Source: Vulcanisaeta distributa DSM 14429 (GTDB taxonomy: Archaea; Thermoproteota; Thermoprotei; Thermoproteales; Thermocladiaceae). From it: a stretch of DNA of 32,000 bases. Below are positions 8,555-16,900 of the stretch, piece by piece (positions within the stretch are counted from its first letter, which is position 1; each line of letters opens with the position of its first letter). Under the pieces are notes generated by a model. The model did not search any database and was not told the DNA's origin. It was given only the letters and a program-made list of their open reading frames with translations. Location: contig NC_014537.1 in the NCBI RefSeq assembly GCF_000148385.1, positions 1-32,000 on the forward strand. The letters run 5' to 3'. Both the position numbers and the translations under genes were made by a program.

Positions 8555-9162
8555 ACCACGATCACCAACTTACTCACTATAACCATGATCGTTACACTTT
8601 CATCTTCATCATTGGCGGTGGTCACCAGTAGGTCTGTACCTAACATGGCACATTGTGATACGTGCCTTATTTGCATTAGTATTATAGGTACTACTTGGCG
8701 TAATAGTCTCAGGCTGGTTACGTTTTCGTAAATTACGATGGGGTTAACCATACTATTTAGTGAGAAGGGTATCGTTATCGACGCATTGGGTGAGACAAGC
8801 CCAAGTGCTCCGGAGCATGTTGGAAATGAGTAGTAACTGCTTGGTGTGAATAGATACGTTAACTTAACCTTACTAAGCGGCCCTAATGTCATGGTTGTTC
8901 CATTGCTTAAGTAAATTAGTAGTGTTTCGTTTGATGGGTTCTCTATGATGATTATTACCTTGGCATACGCATTGTGGGTGACCAGCGTTAATAGCAATAG
9001 GCCTGTGGTTGAGTTTATGGTGAAGAACCTGACTGTGTTCACATCGATCATGTTACGCCAATTAATTAGTAGGAAGGCTATCTCGGCAAGCACAATAATG
9101 AGTAGTAATACAATGAGTACTCTCCCTATTGCCTTAGGCACTCTCATTAATAGTCGTGCCAT
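8551..9162 (-). CDS. Hypothetical N-terminally anchored, probably extracellular glycoprotein
   Basis: 203 aa. It has one N-terminal hydrophobic helix (VLIVLLLIIVLAEIAFLLI), then a region that looks beta-rich with several N-x-S/T sequons (NST, NET, NGT, NAS, NVT). ATG 9147 (MRVPKAIG) is an alternative start that is better spaced from a TATA-like element at 9168-9179. Confidence 0.55.
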   Translation of the reverse strand: MARLLMRVPKAIGRVLIVLLLIIVLAEIAFLLINWRNMIDVNTVRFFTINSTTGLLLLTLVTHNAYAKVIIIIENPSNETLLIYLSNGTTMTLGPLSKVKLTYLFTPSSYYSFPTCSGALGLVSPNASITIPFSLNSMVNPIVIYENVTSLRLLRQVVPIILMQIRHVSQCAMLGTDLLVTTANDEDESVTIMVIVSKLVIVV

Positions 9163-9203
9163 TTATTGACTAATAAATCGAACTCCCCAGGAGGGAGTGG
9201 GCA

Positions 9204-9659
9204 TTACTTAGCGCCTTTTTGGCTCTGTATCTTAACTATAGCCTCAGCAATATCCCCATTGGTTTCCTTTAGTGCCCTAATGGCTTCCTCCCTCGTACAT
9301 CCCGTCTCCTCCATGACGAGTTTAATATCGTCCTCACTAGGTTCATACTGCTTAGTAGTCTCTGCTGCAAGTGTTTGCGTGGCTTGTTTCTGTGGTTGTT
9401 GTATTATTAATGATGGCCTTGGTTGTGGTAATGTTGATTGAGGTTTCACAACCTTCACATCCGAGTCACTGGCCTGTACCTGGTATATTGATAATCCCTG
9501 AATTCTCATCCTAGCCACCACGGGTTTATTAATCTCTATTGTAGATCCATCGCCTAGGTAAATAATCACCTTCGTTACGTTACTCACCTCCTCCAGGTTA
9601 AGGTCCTGAATGCCAAACCGCTTGAGCAGTCTCCTAACCTCCCTTGGATTTATACCCAC
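9204..9659 (-). CDS. nac: Nascent polypeptide-associated complex protein (NAC domain plus C-terminal UBA)
   Basis: NAC domain: VTKVIIYLGDGSTIEINKPVVARMRIQGLSIYQV. UBA: EDDIKLVMEETGCTREEAIRALKETNGDIAEAI. A Q/P-rich linker of roughly 35 aa separates the two domains. The start is GTG. Confidence 0.9.
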   Translation of the reverse strand: MGINPREVRRLLKRFGIQDLNLEEVSNVTKVIIYLGDGSTIEINKPVVARMRIQGLSIYQVQASDSDVKVVKPQSTLPQPRPSLIIQQPQKQATQTLAAETTKQYEPSEDDIKLVMEETGCTREEAIRALKETNGDIAEAIVKIQSQKGAK

Positions 9660-9681
9660 GGTATCTTAATGTAAATTTGTG

Positions 9682-9690
9682 TATTTAAAC
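9682..9690 (-). promoter_or_regulatory. TATA box (GTTTAAATA on the minus strand) for nac; the transcript is probably leaderless
   Basis: The element is centred about 27 nt upstream of the GTG start at 9659. Confidence 0.45.
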
Positions 9691-9710
9691 AATTTTTGTG
9701 CTGTGGAATA

Positions 9711-10637
9711 TTATCCGCAGTATGGCCCTAGCATTTGTGCTATTGTTGGTGATGAACATCCATAACCAAGCACGTGAGTTGGGAAGTACTGAATCACGTA
9801 ATACACATAGCCGCTATTAATCATAGTCTCCAGTGACCTGCCATACATTACCTGGAACAATGCGCAATACGGACATACCGGGTCTAGGAACTCGATGACC
9901 GTTATGTTTGCACTTGGATTGCCAATTCTTAATCCAGAGGATATTATCTGATCTATGAACGATACCTGGGTTGAGTTCGCCCTAAAGCCATAGCCAAGTT
10001 CCTGCCCCTGATACGTGAATACGGTTATGTTGCCCCTTACTGCATCGTTAATTGCGTTGAAGACGTAGGGTGAGGCGCCGGCGAGAACATACGTTACATT
10101 ATTCGTCCTATCAAAAACGATGAACAATGGTGTGCCAAGTAGATTACCTGGTATGTTAAGTGTGTATGCCACGGTGTTTATATTACTTAATGCGCCTAAT
10201 ACGGTATTGACTAAGCCCTGGTCACTTTCATTTATTGCACATTTTGCATAATTGCTTTCTATGTATTGGTACTGGGCTATTGGGTATAGTAATAGGTATG
10301 TCACGTTGTTTGTCTCCTCATAATCATAGATGTAGTTATACGCTATCGTGTATATACTATTCACGGCATTCAACGTCGCATTCTCACCATAATTACTATA
10401 AATGCATTCAATGCTCAGCCAATTCTCGACACCTCTTTCAAACGCGGTTGTGGCTAGTGATAGCTGTGAGGATGCTGAGTTTTGGGATGAAGAGCTTGAT
10501 GAGCCCTGGCTTGATGGTGTTTTTTGTGTTGGTGTTGTCTTAAAGGCGAGGAAGTATATTAGTACTGCCGCGAGTGCCACCGCAAGTACTATCACAGCTA
10601 CTAGGAGCATCCTATTTATGTTTGTACTACTCGACAT
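9711..10637 (-). CDS. Membrane-anchored DsbA/thioredoxin-like thiol:disulfide oxidoreductase with atypical motif order
   Basis: It has an N-terminal TM (LLVAVIVLAVALAAVLIYFLAF), a Ser-rich linker and many N-x-S/T sequons. The DsbA-type active site IGNPSANITVIEFLDPVCPYCALF lies only about 50 aa from the C-terminus. The DsbA C-terminal-type motif LLGTPLFIVF...GASPYVFNAINDAV lies upstream of it. Confidence 0.7.
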   Translation of the reverse strand: MSSSTNINRMLLVAVIVLAVALAAVLIYFLAFKTTPTQKTPSSQGSSSSSSQNSASSQLSLATTAFERGVENWLSIECIYSNYGENATLNAVNSIYTIAYNYIYDYEETNNVTYLLLYPIAQYQYIESNYAKCAINESDQGLVNTVLGALSNINTVAYTLNIPGNLLGTPLFIVFDRTNNVTYVLAGASPYVFNAINDAVRGNITVFTYQGQELGYGFRANSTQVSFIDQIISSGLRIGNPSANITVIEFLDPVCPYCALFQVMYGRSLETMINSGYVYYVIQYFPTHVLGYGCSSPTIAQMLGPYCG

Positions 10638-10735
10638 AATCCTTAATCCATGATTGAATTAGGTTAAAAACCTTACTAACATTTCCGTGGGCTCACTAAG
10701 AAAGGCATTAATAATTCAATAAAGCCTTAATTATA

Positions 10736-11155
10736 ATGGCTATTCGACTGCGGGTTAAGCTATCCTCAATAATGGGGAAGACCACGGTAGCCAAGGCATT
10801 GGTCACCACGGGCTATGAGACCCAGGAGCCTGAGGTGTTGATACCGAGGGGTGTTGCCGAGGACCTAAACCTACTGCCCAAGTTACCCAGTGGTTCCGAG
10901 GTTAAGAATTACGTACTTGCCGATGGGACGGTGACTAGGTTAATACTAATACCTAACGCGGTCCAGGTCTGGGTTCTTGAAAATGATAGGGAGGTTGGCG
11001 GCATTACGGCTCATGCCGTGATTAGCGAGCGCGCTGATGAGGTATTACTAAGTGACAAGTTGGTTAGTAAGTTGGGCATTGTCCTACTTGATATTGGTGA
11101 GGGCATTTGGTGTTTTAAGGATGAGATTGGGAAGACAGTTAGGAGGAGCTTATAG
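10736..11155 (+). CDS. Hypothetical protein, possibly a retropepsin-like fold with a degenerate active site
   Basis: 139 aa. AKALVTTGYETQEPEVLIPRGVAEDLNL and EVLLSDKLVSKLGIVLLDIGEGIW resemble small archaeal clan-AA aspartic-protease-like proteins, but TTG stands where DTG/DSG is expected. The 3' end overlaps alaS convergently by 17 nt. Confidence 0.5.
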   Translation: MAIRLRVKLSSIMGKTTVAKALVTTGYETQEPEVLIPRGVAEDLNLLPKLPSGSEVKNYVLADGTVTRLILIPNAVQVWVLENDREVGGITAHAVISERADEVLLSDKLVSKLGIVLLDIGEGIWCFKDEIGKTVRRSL

Positions 11156-13895
11156 AGCTTAGGAACGATTTAACCGTGCTCACAAGCGTGTCCACCGGCG
11201 GCCTGCCCTGGGCGAATCCCTGGCCGTAGGTTGTTGATCCACCACCCTTACCATTAACACTTGCGTTAAGTCTCGCCATTAATTCCTTAATGCTCACGCG
11301 CTTGGCTGTTTCTGGGCTTAGGTAAACCATGTACTCAGTGCCGTTACTGACCCTATTAATTATCAATAGCACAGTGTTAGGCCTAGCGCCTAGGTACTCC
11401 TTGGCGAACTCCTGTATGTAGTTTCTATCCTCATTCTCATACTCCATGTATGTGAAGCCGACGCCGTTTATGGCTGTTTCCCTACCCATGGCCTCCGCGA
11501 TATCGCCCTTAATGGCCTTCCTAGTCAATGCCTTAATCCTACCCTCCATCTTACTCACATCACTGAGTAGCTCCTTAACGCCCTTAACCACGTCCTCCCT
11601 ACCCTTACCAATTAATTCAGATACCTCATTAATAGAGTCCTCAAGGGACTCCGTATAATTAAGTGCGTGCCTACCTGTGGTGAATATGAACCTAACAACA
11701 CCCTCCTGAATCTTCTCAACCTTGACAATCTTAATCATACCAATCTCACCAGTACTACCTACATGCATGCCTCCACAAGCCTCCACGTCATATGGGTTAT
11801 CGTCGGGACCCACCTGGACAATCCTCAGCTTAGCCCCTGGAACGGCGCCTCCCTGGTATATGTAAACACCAAACTTTGACTCAGCATCAGTCCTGCCCAA
11901 CCATCTAATGATCACTGGGTAATTAGCAACAACCATTTGGTTTGCCAACTCCTCAATCTTCCTAATCTCATCCCTACTGGGTAGCTTGTAATGCGTCACA
12001 TCAAGCCTGCTGAAGGGCACATTCTTCTCCGCACCTGCCTGCCAAACATGCCTACCAAGGACACGCCTAATGCTCTGAAGTAATATGTGGGTTGCTGTGT
12101 GCATCCTCATTAGGTCAAGTCTACGGGTTGCATCAACAATCCCCTCCACGGTCTCACCCTCCATTGGCGGTTCACCCTCAATAACATGGACAATCACCGG
12201 ACCAACCCTCTGGACATCAATAACCCTTGCCTCGCCCCTACTATGCCTAATAACGCCGTGGTCAGCCACCTGCCCACCACCCTCTGGGTAGAATGCCGTT
12301 TGGTCGAGAACCACGTACTTACCCCTAATGACCCTTAACACCTTTGCATTGAACTGGAACAACCTCATATTCTCATAGAATAATTCCCTAGTCTGCGGTA
12401 AGTCCTGAACCTCCACCGGGTTCACATCAACCTTGGGCTTCTCCTCACCAACCTGTCTCTGGTACCTGGCCGCAAGCCTTGAGTAGAAGTCGTCAGGCAC
12501 GACAACGCTCAGCCCAAGCCTTGATGAGGCGACTTCACGCACAACCTCGGGCGGTAGTCCCTGTGAGTCGTAGAGCATAATTAGGTCATCAACCGTGAGT
12601 TCCCTCTTACCAGTCCTTCTTTCCCTATCCCTAATGACCCTATCAATTATGCCCGGCGCCTGCCTAAGTAATTCCTTGAACTTCCTCTCCTCGAGGTCAA
12701 CTAACTCAAGTATTGTCTGTCTCTCCTCATAAACCTCTGGGTAATCATCCCTTAAGAACTCAAGTTCCATGTCCATGACCTCGGTGAGCGGCATTTCAAT
12801 ACCGGCAACATACATGCTCCTAAGCATCCTCCTAAGCAGGAGCCTACCCAGGTAACCAACGCCTGAATTACTCGGTATCACGCCATCAGCCATCATCCAG
12901 GAGAGGGTCCTACCATGATCACTAAGTATGTATAGGGTCTCCTGCGCCTTCAGTATGTTCCTAACCTCATTAACGTCCATGCCGACCTTACTCGATATGT
13001 ACTCATAGGCCTTCTCAATACTCGTAACCTCAGGATCAAGTTGACCGAAATAGGTCGCCATATGCATTAACATCTCATTGCTTGGTTTAGGAAGTCCCAA
13101 CTTACTCCTTAATTTTTCTATGAATGGGCCAAAGACCGCGTCGTAGACGGTGGGTTTACCGGTGAGTAGCCAGTAGATTCTCTCGAGCCCGTAGCCCGTG
13201 TCCACTATCTTCATGGGCATTTCCACGTACTTACCATTGACGGTCCTATAATGCATGAAGACGAGCGTGGCTATTTCCAAACCACTCACGAGCACCTCAA
13301 GGCACTCACCGGCATTGCCGCCGCCCTCCCAAATATTCTCCTTATATGTAATTTCATGATCCTTAAGGCCGAGCTCCTTTGTGAAGAATTCATGGGCGTA
13401 TTCAACGGTCTCGTCAATCCAGTAAATGTACTTATCGGGGTAATTGAAGGCGTGGTGAGCCATCATTTCAAAGCCCGTTAAGTGCCTACCGCTGCGGCCG
13501 ACCTTATCAATATCCGTAAACCTAATACTCGGTTGTGAAAGGGTCAGTGGGTTTGCAGGTGGCGGTACAATGCCCTCGGTGACCCATGGCTGGAAGTCAT
13601 ATATTGATGCGCCGACTAGGTAAACGTCAGTCCTCCAACGCGCAACCACTGGGTACCTCTTTATTCTAACGTGACCGTGCCTCTCGAAGAAGTTTAGGAA
13701 CCTCTCCCTAACATCTCTAATGGACTCAGGCCTGAACTTACCAGGTGGGTTTCCTATGAATAGGTATGGCGTGCATGGTTGATCACCACAGGACTCCTGG
13801 TCCTTGTTTAACGTCCAGAAGTAATGCTTGCAATATGGGCATTGTTTCCTATAAAACCTCATCCTATCGAACAACCTAGTCCTCAATTCCTCCAT
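11139..13895 (-). CDS. alaS: Alanyl-tRNA synthetase (archaeal type)
   Basis: 918 aa. Evidence is the N-terminal zinc motif CPYCKHYFWT, the class II core, the editing-domain motifs MHTATHILL and CGGMHV, and a C-terminal DHHA1-like region. Confidence 0.98.
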   Translation of the reverse strand: MEELRTRLFDRMRFYRKQCPYCKHYFWTLNKDQESCGDQPCTPYLFIGNPPGKFRPESIRDVRERFLNFFERHGHVRIKRYPVVARWRTDVYLVGASIYDFQPWVTEGIVPPPANPLTLSQPSIRFTDIDKVGRSGRHLTGFEMMAHHAFNYPDKYIYWIDETVEYAHEFFTKELGLKDHEITYKENIWEGGGNAGECLEVLVSGLEIATLVFMHYRTVNGKYVEMPMKIVDTGYGLERIYWLLTGKPTVYDAVFGPFIEKLRSKLGLPKPSNEMLMHMATYFGQLDPEVTSIEKAYEYISSKVGMDVNEVRNILKAQETLYILSDHGRTLSWMMADGVIPSNSGVGYLGRLLLRRMLRSMYVAGIEMPLTEVMDMELEFLRDDYPEVYEERQTILELVDLEERKFKELLRQAPGIIDRVIRDRERRTGKRELTVDDLIMLYDSQGLPPEVVREVASSRLGLSVVVPDDFYSRLAARYQRQVGEEKPKVDVNPVEVQDLPQTRELFYENMRLFQFNAKVLRVIRGKYVVLDQTAFYPEGGGQVADHGVIRHSRGEARVIDVQRVGPVIVHVIEGEPPMEGETVEGIVDATRRLDLMRMHTATHILLQSIRRVLGRHVWQAGAEKNVPFSRLDVTHYKLPSRDEIRKIEELANQMVVANYPVIIRWLGRTDAESKFGVYIYQGGAVPGAKLRIVQVGPDDNPYDVEACGGMHVGSTGEIGMIKIVKVEKIQEGVVRFIFTTGRHALNYTESLEDSINEVSELIGKGREDVVKGVKELLSDVSKMEGRIKALTRKAIKGDIAEAMGRETAINGVGFTYMEYENEDRNYIQEFAKEYLGARPNTVLLIINRVSNGTEYMVYLSPETAKRVSIKELMARLNASVNGKGGGSTTYGQGFAQGRPPVDTLVSTVKSFLSSISSS

Positions 13896-13958
13896 AACTT
13901 AACGATAAATAAAAATGGGATTCTTTTTATATTTTGTTCCTGTCACAACCAAAATTCA

Positions 13959-14870
13959 CTATTTACGCTTTGTCTCAAGATCGCGGAAGTACTTATACAA
14001 ACCATCAACAGCCATACCAAACAGGTGGTAATGAGCCTTCATATTCCTAAGCCTATCATAAACTCTCCTAAGGTCCTGGTCCCTTTCCACAAGCATCCCT
14101 TCAAGGTCGTTTACGCTCAATCCCTCCCTAACGGCCTCCTCAGCCGCTTTACCCCATACATCTAATTGCCTCAGATGCCTATTCAGCAATTCAGTGGCGT
14201 TAGGAACGAGTAAATGATGCGTATAGGCTATGTACTTAGGATTCCTGGCAATTAGCTTTTTGACGCTATCAACATACATATCAAACCTAAGAGGTTCCAT
14301 AGTCGTTGGTATTATGTAATCAAGGTCCCTAACGTAGATACCCGCGGCATCCCCAACGATGAGTATGTCCCATGGCTCGACAATGAAGGATTGATGATGA
14401 CTCGCATGGCCTGGCGTGTGTATTACCTCCACTGTAACGTCTCCTATGGTCACCCTATCGCCATCCTTTGTCTCACGGGCATTCTTGCTCGGTACCTCGA
14501 GTGGCCTGCCGTATAGTTCGCCGAGCCAGCCCATTGCCTCCCTAGCGGGTACCCAAATAATGTCCGGGTTAGGTAGAACCTTCGAACCCCTTGGGTGGAC
14601 ATAAACCTCAATATTTGGGTTGAGTCCAGTCAATGCGCCAGTACCTCCGTAGTGGTCTATATGAACATGGGTTATGAATGCATGAGTAACATTACTTGGC
14701 AACCTCCTTAAGGCGTTCCTTAGATCGTTACTGGATACTGCAGGTCCTCCCTCAAACACTATTATGCCCTTGCCCGTGTTTATTGCGTATACTGAGACCA
14801 GATTACTAAATCCACCTGGCTCTAGGTCTATTTGATATACATTGTTCATTACCTCAATTACCCGCACCAT
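13959..14870 (-). CDS. MBL-fold metallo-hydrolase
   Basis: The HxHxDH motif (THVHIDHYGG) and downstream His/Asp ligands (TPGHASHH, VGDAAG) are present. 303 aa. Confidence 0.85.
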   Translation of the reverse strand: MVRVIEVMNNVYQIDLEPGGFSNLVSVYAINTGKGIIVFEGGPAVSSNDLRNALRRLPSNVTHAFITHVHIDHYGGTGALTGLNPNIEVYVHPRGSKVLPNPDIIWVPAREAMGWLGELYGRPLEVPSKNARETKDGDRVTIGDVTVEVIHTPGHASHHQSFIVEPWDILIVGDAAGIYVRDLDYIIPTTMEPLRFDMYVDSVKKLIARNPKYIAYTHHLLVPNATELLNRHLRQLDVWGKAAEEAVREGLSVNDLEGMLVERDQDLRRVYDRLRNMKAHYHLFGMAVDGLYKYFRDLETKRK

Positions 14871-14957
14871 GTTTAAGTACGGTATTTACCAATTAATAAG
14901 CTATGCGATAATTATATTATATAAATTCATCATCAGAATCAGAAGATATTACTGTGT

Positions 14958-14963
14958 AAAAAA
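14958..14963 (-). terminator. Oligo-T tract (T6 on the minus strand) downstream of the P0 gene
   Basis: TTTTTT occurs on the transcribed strand about 20 nt after the P0 stop codon (14983-14985). Archaeal RNAP terminates at oligo-T tracts. Confidence 0.4.
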
Positions 14964-14982
14964 GTATTTATTACTGATATTT

Positions 14983-16044
14983 TTACGAACCAAATAGGCT
15001 GGAGAATCCAGCCGCAACCTCCTCCTCACTCGGGCCCTCCTTCTTCTCCTCCCCGGCCTCCTCCTTCTTTTCCTCAGCCTTCTTCTCCTCCGCCTTAGCC
15101 TCCTCAGTCTTCACCTGCTGTGGCTGCTGGGCAACCTGAAGCCCAAGTTCAGGGGCCTTTGGAGCTATTACCGCGGCCAACGCATTAGCCTCAGCCACCG
15201 CCTTAGCCAGTATGTATTGGGCCGTCTCCGGCGTTACGTACCTCGCATTAACGGCCAGGTTCAAGGCCTCCATGTGGGCCTTGGCTATGGATACCCTGAG
15301 AACCTCAGGTGTTGGGTACGCCGTGTTAACGGCTAGGTTAAATGCATACCTAACCGCATCCTCAATCATTGACCTATACGTGCCAACATCCAACTTTAGA
15401 TTGTCAACGGTTATTACGTACTTACCCTTTAGTATTGCCGCCTTTATCTTCAGTGTCTCGAATATGGGCTTTATATTCAACTTCTTAAGAATTTCAGCAG
15501 CATCCTCATTAATCTTATCGCCCTTCTTAACTACCACCGTATCCTTAACAATCCATATCTTACCATCCTGGACCTTAATTGGTATCTTCAACTTACCAAA
15601 CTTACTCATTATTGGTCCTGGGCTCATGTTCGTATTGCCGGCGGGCGCCACTAAATCGAATGGCGCTATATCGCCGGGCATCGCCTCCCTCCTGACGCCG
15701 GTCCCCCAAATCCACTTGGCAAGTTCGAATGGGTTCTCGTTCGAGAATATGAGGAGGTTCTCCCCTGTGAATAGCTTCTCAATGTCCTCACTGACGTTGC
15801 CCATTAACTGCCTAAGTGCTATTAACACGAGGGTGTTCTTAGCCTTAATTACCCTGGCACCCCTCCTCCTAAGCCAGAATCTATACTCCTGAAGGACCCT
15901 ATTCGAGGTCTCGTGAATATCTATAACAAATACATTCTCATACTTACTGAATAGTTCCTTCAATTCATTAACAATCCTAACCTTCTTCTCTGGATAGGGC
16001 TTCGTCCTAACGTACGTACGCTTAAACACTGGTTGTGAAGCCAT
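14983..16044 (-). CDS. rplP0: 50S ribosomal stalk protein P0 (uL10)
   Basis: The N-terminal L10 domain is followed by an Ala/Glu/Lys-rich acidic tail ending EEEVAAGFSSLFGS, which is typical of archaeal P0. Confidence 0.97.
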   Translation of the reverse strand: MASQPVFKRTYVRTKPYPEKKVRIVNELKELFSKYENVFVIDIHETSNRVLQEYRFWLRRRGARVIKAKNTLVLIALRQLMGNVSEDIEKLFTGENLLIFSNENPFELAKWIWGTGVRREAMPGDIAPFDLVAPAGNTNMSPGPIMSKFGKLKIPIKVQDGKIWIVKDTVVVKKGDKINEDAAEILKKLNIKPIFETLKIKAAILKGKYVITVDNLKLDVGTYRSMIEDAVRYAFNLAVNTAYPTPEVLRVSIAKAHMEALNLAVNARYVTPETAQYILAKAVAEANALAAVIAPKAPELGLQVAQQPQQVKTEEAKAEEKKAEEKKEEAGEEKKEGPSEEEVAAGFSSLFGS

Positions 16045-16171
16045 ACCAGCAAGAAACCGTTCAAATGATGCACTTAATTAATTTTTCTTCCGGTGGGAGG
16101 GCCCATGTTTTCATATTTTCATAAACAATGTATTGCCCAAGTACGAAATTAATAGGTGGAATGCTGGTGTT

Positions 16172-16831
16172 TTACTTAGATGTTAATGGTGAGAAGGTTA
16201 TTGGTGGGCCCATGGTGAGTTTCACACTTACGTCCCCCAGTTGCTCAGGCCTAACCCTCTTGAGTATTTCATCGAGTACGGTAGCTATATTCTCAGCAAC
16301 TTGCTTTGGGTCCATATCCTCCGTGCCGACCTTACACATTACCTGTGGTTGGTCCTTAACCCTAACCCTAACGCTCCTCTTTAGCCTATCAATCACAGCC
16401 TTAATATCCGCGTTCGGCTGGATAACCTCAGGCATTTTGTTCCTGGGACCCAGTATTTGACCCATAACCCTACCAATGAGCACCATTAGGTCTGGCGTGG
16501 CCACGAAGTAATCAAATGAATTAGCCAGTCTCCTGATTTCCTTTTTATTACCGGCGAGTTTCTCGATATCTTCCCTGGTGAGTATTGCATCTGCCTTAGC
16601 CTCCTTAGCGGCAAGCACCATCGCGCCGGTGGCCATTACACAGACCTTCGGTTCCTTACCCTGTAATGGGTGTGGCAATGCAATGGTTATGTTGAATCTA
16701 TTGGCTTGGTTCTTGACGTCGAAATCCTTAAACCTAACTATTAACTCATACGTCTGCTTAAACCTCCTTTTCTTCGCCTTTGCCTTTGCCTCGGTAACGG
16801 CCTTGATTATTGCGTCAAGGTTCAAGCTCAT
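16172..16831 (-). CDS. rpl1: 50S ribosomal protein L1 (uL1)
   Basis: MSLNLDAIIKAVTEAKAKAKKRRFKQTYELIVRFKD... is a canonical L1 N-terminus. The tracked ORF starts at GTG 16837. ATG 16831 is preferred because it lies about 28 nt from the TATA-like 16855-16864. Confidence 0.97.
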   Translation of the reverse strand: MSLNLDAIIKAVTEAKAKAKKRRFKQTYELIVRFKDFDVKNQANRFNITIALPHPLQGKEPKVCVMATGAMVLAAKEAKADAILTREDIEKLAGNKKEIRRLANSFDYFVATPDLMVLIGRVMGQILGPRNKMPEVIQPNADIKAVIDRLKRSVRVRVKDQPQVMCKVGTEDMDPKQVAENIATVLDEILKRVRPEQLGDVSVKLTMGPPITFSPLTSK

Positions 16832-16900
16832 AATCACGCACTGTGAAGAAACCCCTTATTAAAGCATTTTTCCCATAGCGGTGTTTTAAGTTATTTTAAC

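Noticed and set aside
14921-14945. C-box-like AUGAUGA on the minus strand (CUGAUUCUGAUGAUGAA), considered as a possible C/D-box sRNA in the P0-MBL gap
   Set aside because: There is no D box (CUGA) or C'/D' motifs at the required 40-55 nt downstream. The only CUGA copies lie upstream of the C box. The region is better explained as terminator plus promoter.
16061-16114. 17-codon ORF (MKTWALPPEEKLIKCII) on the minus strand inside the L1-P0 spacer
   Set aside because: It is too short, has no supporting start context, and overlaps the putative P0 promoter. I treated it as chance.
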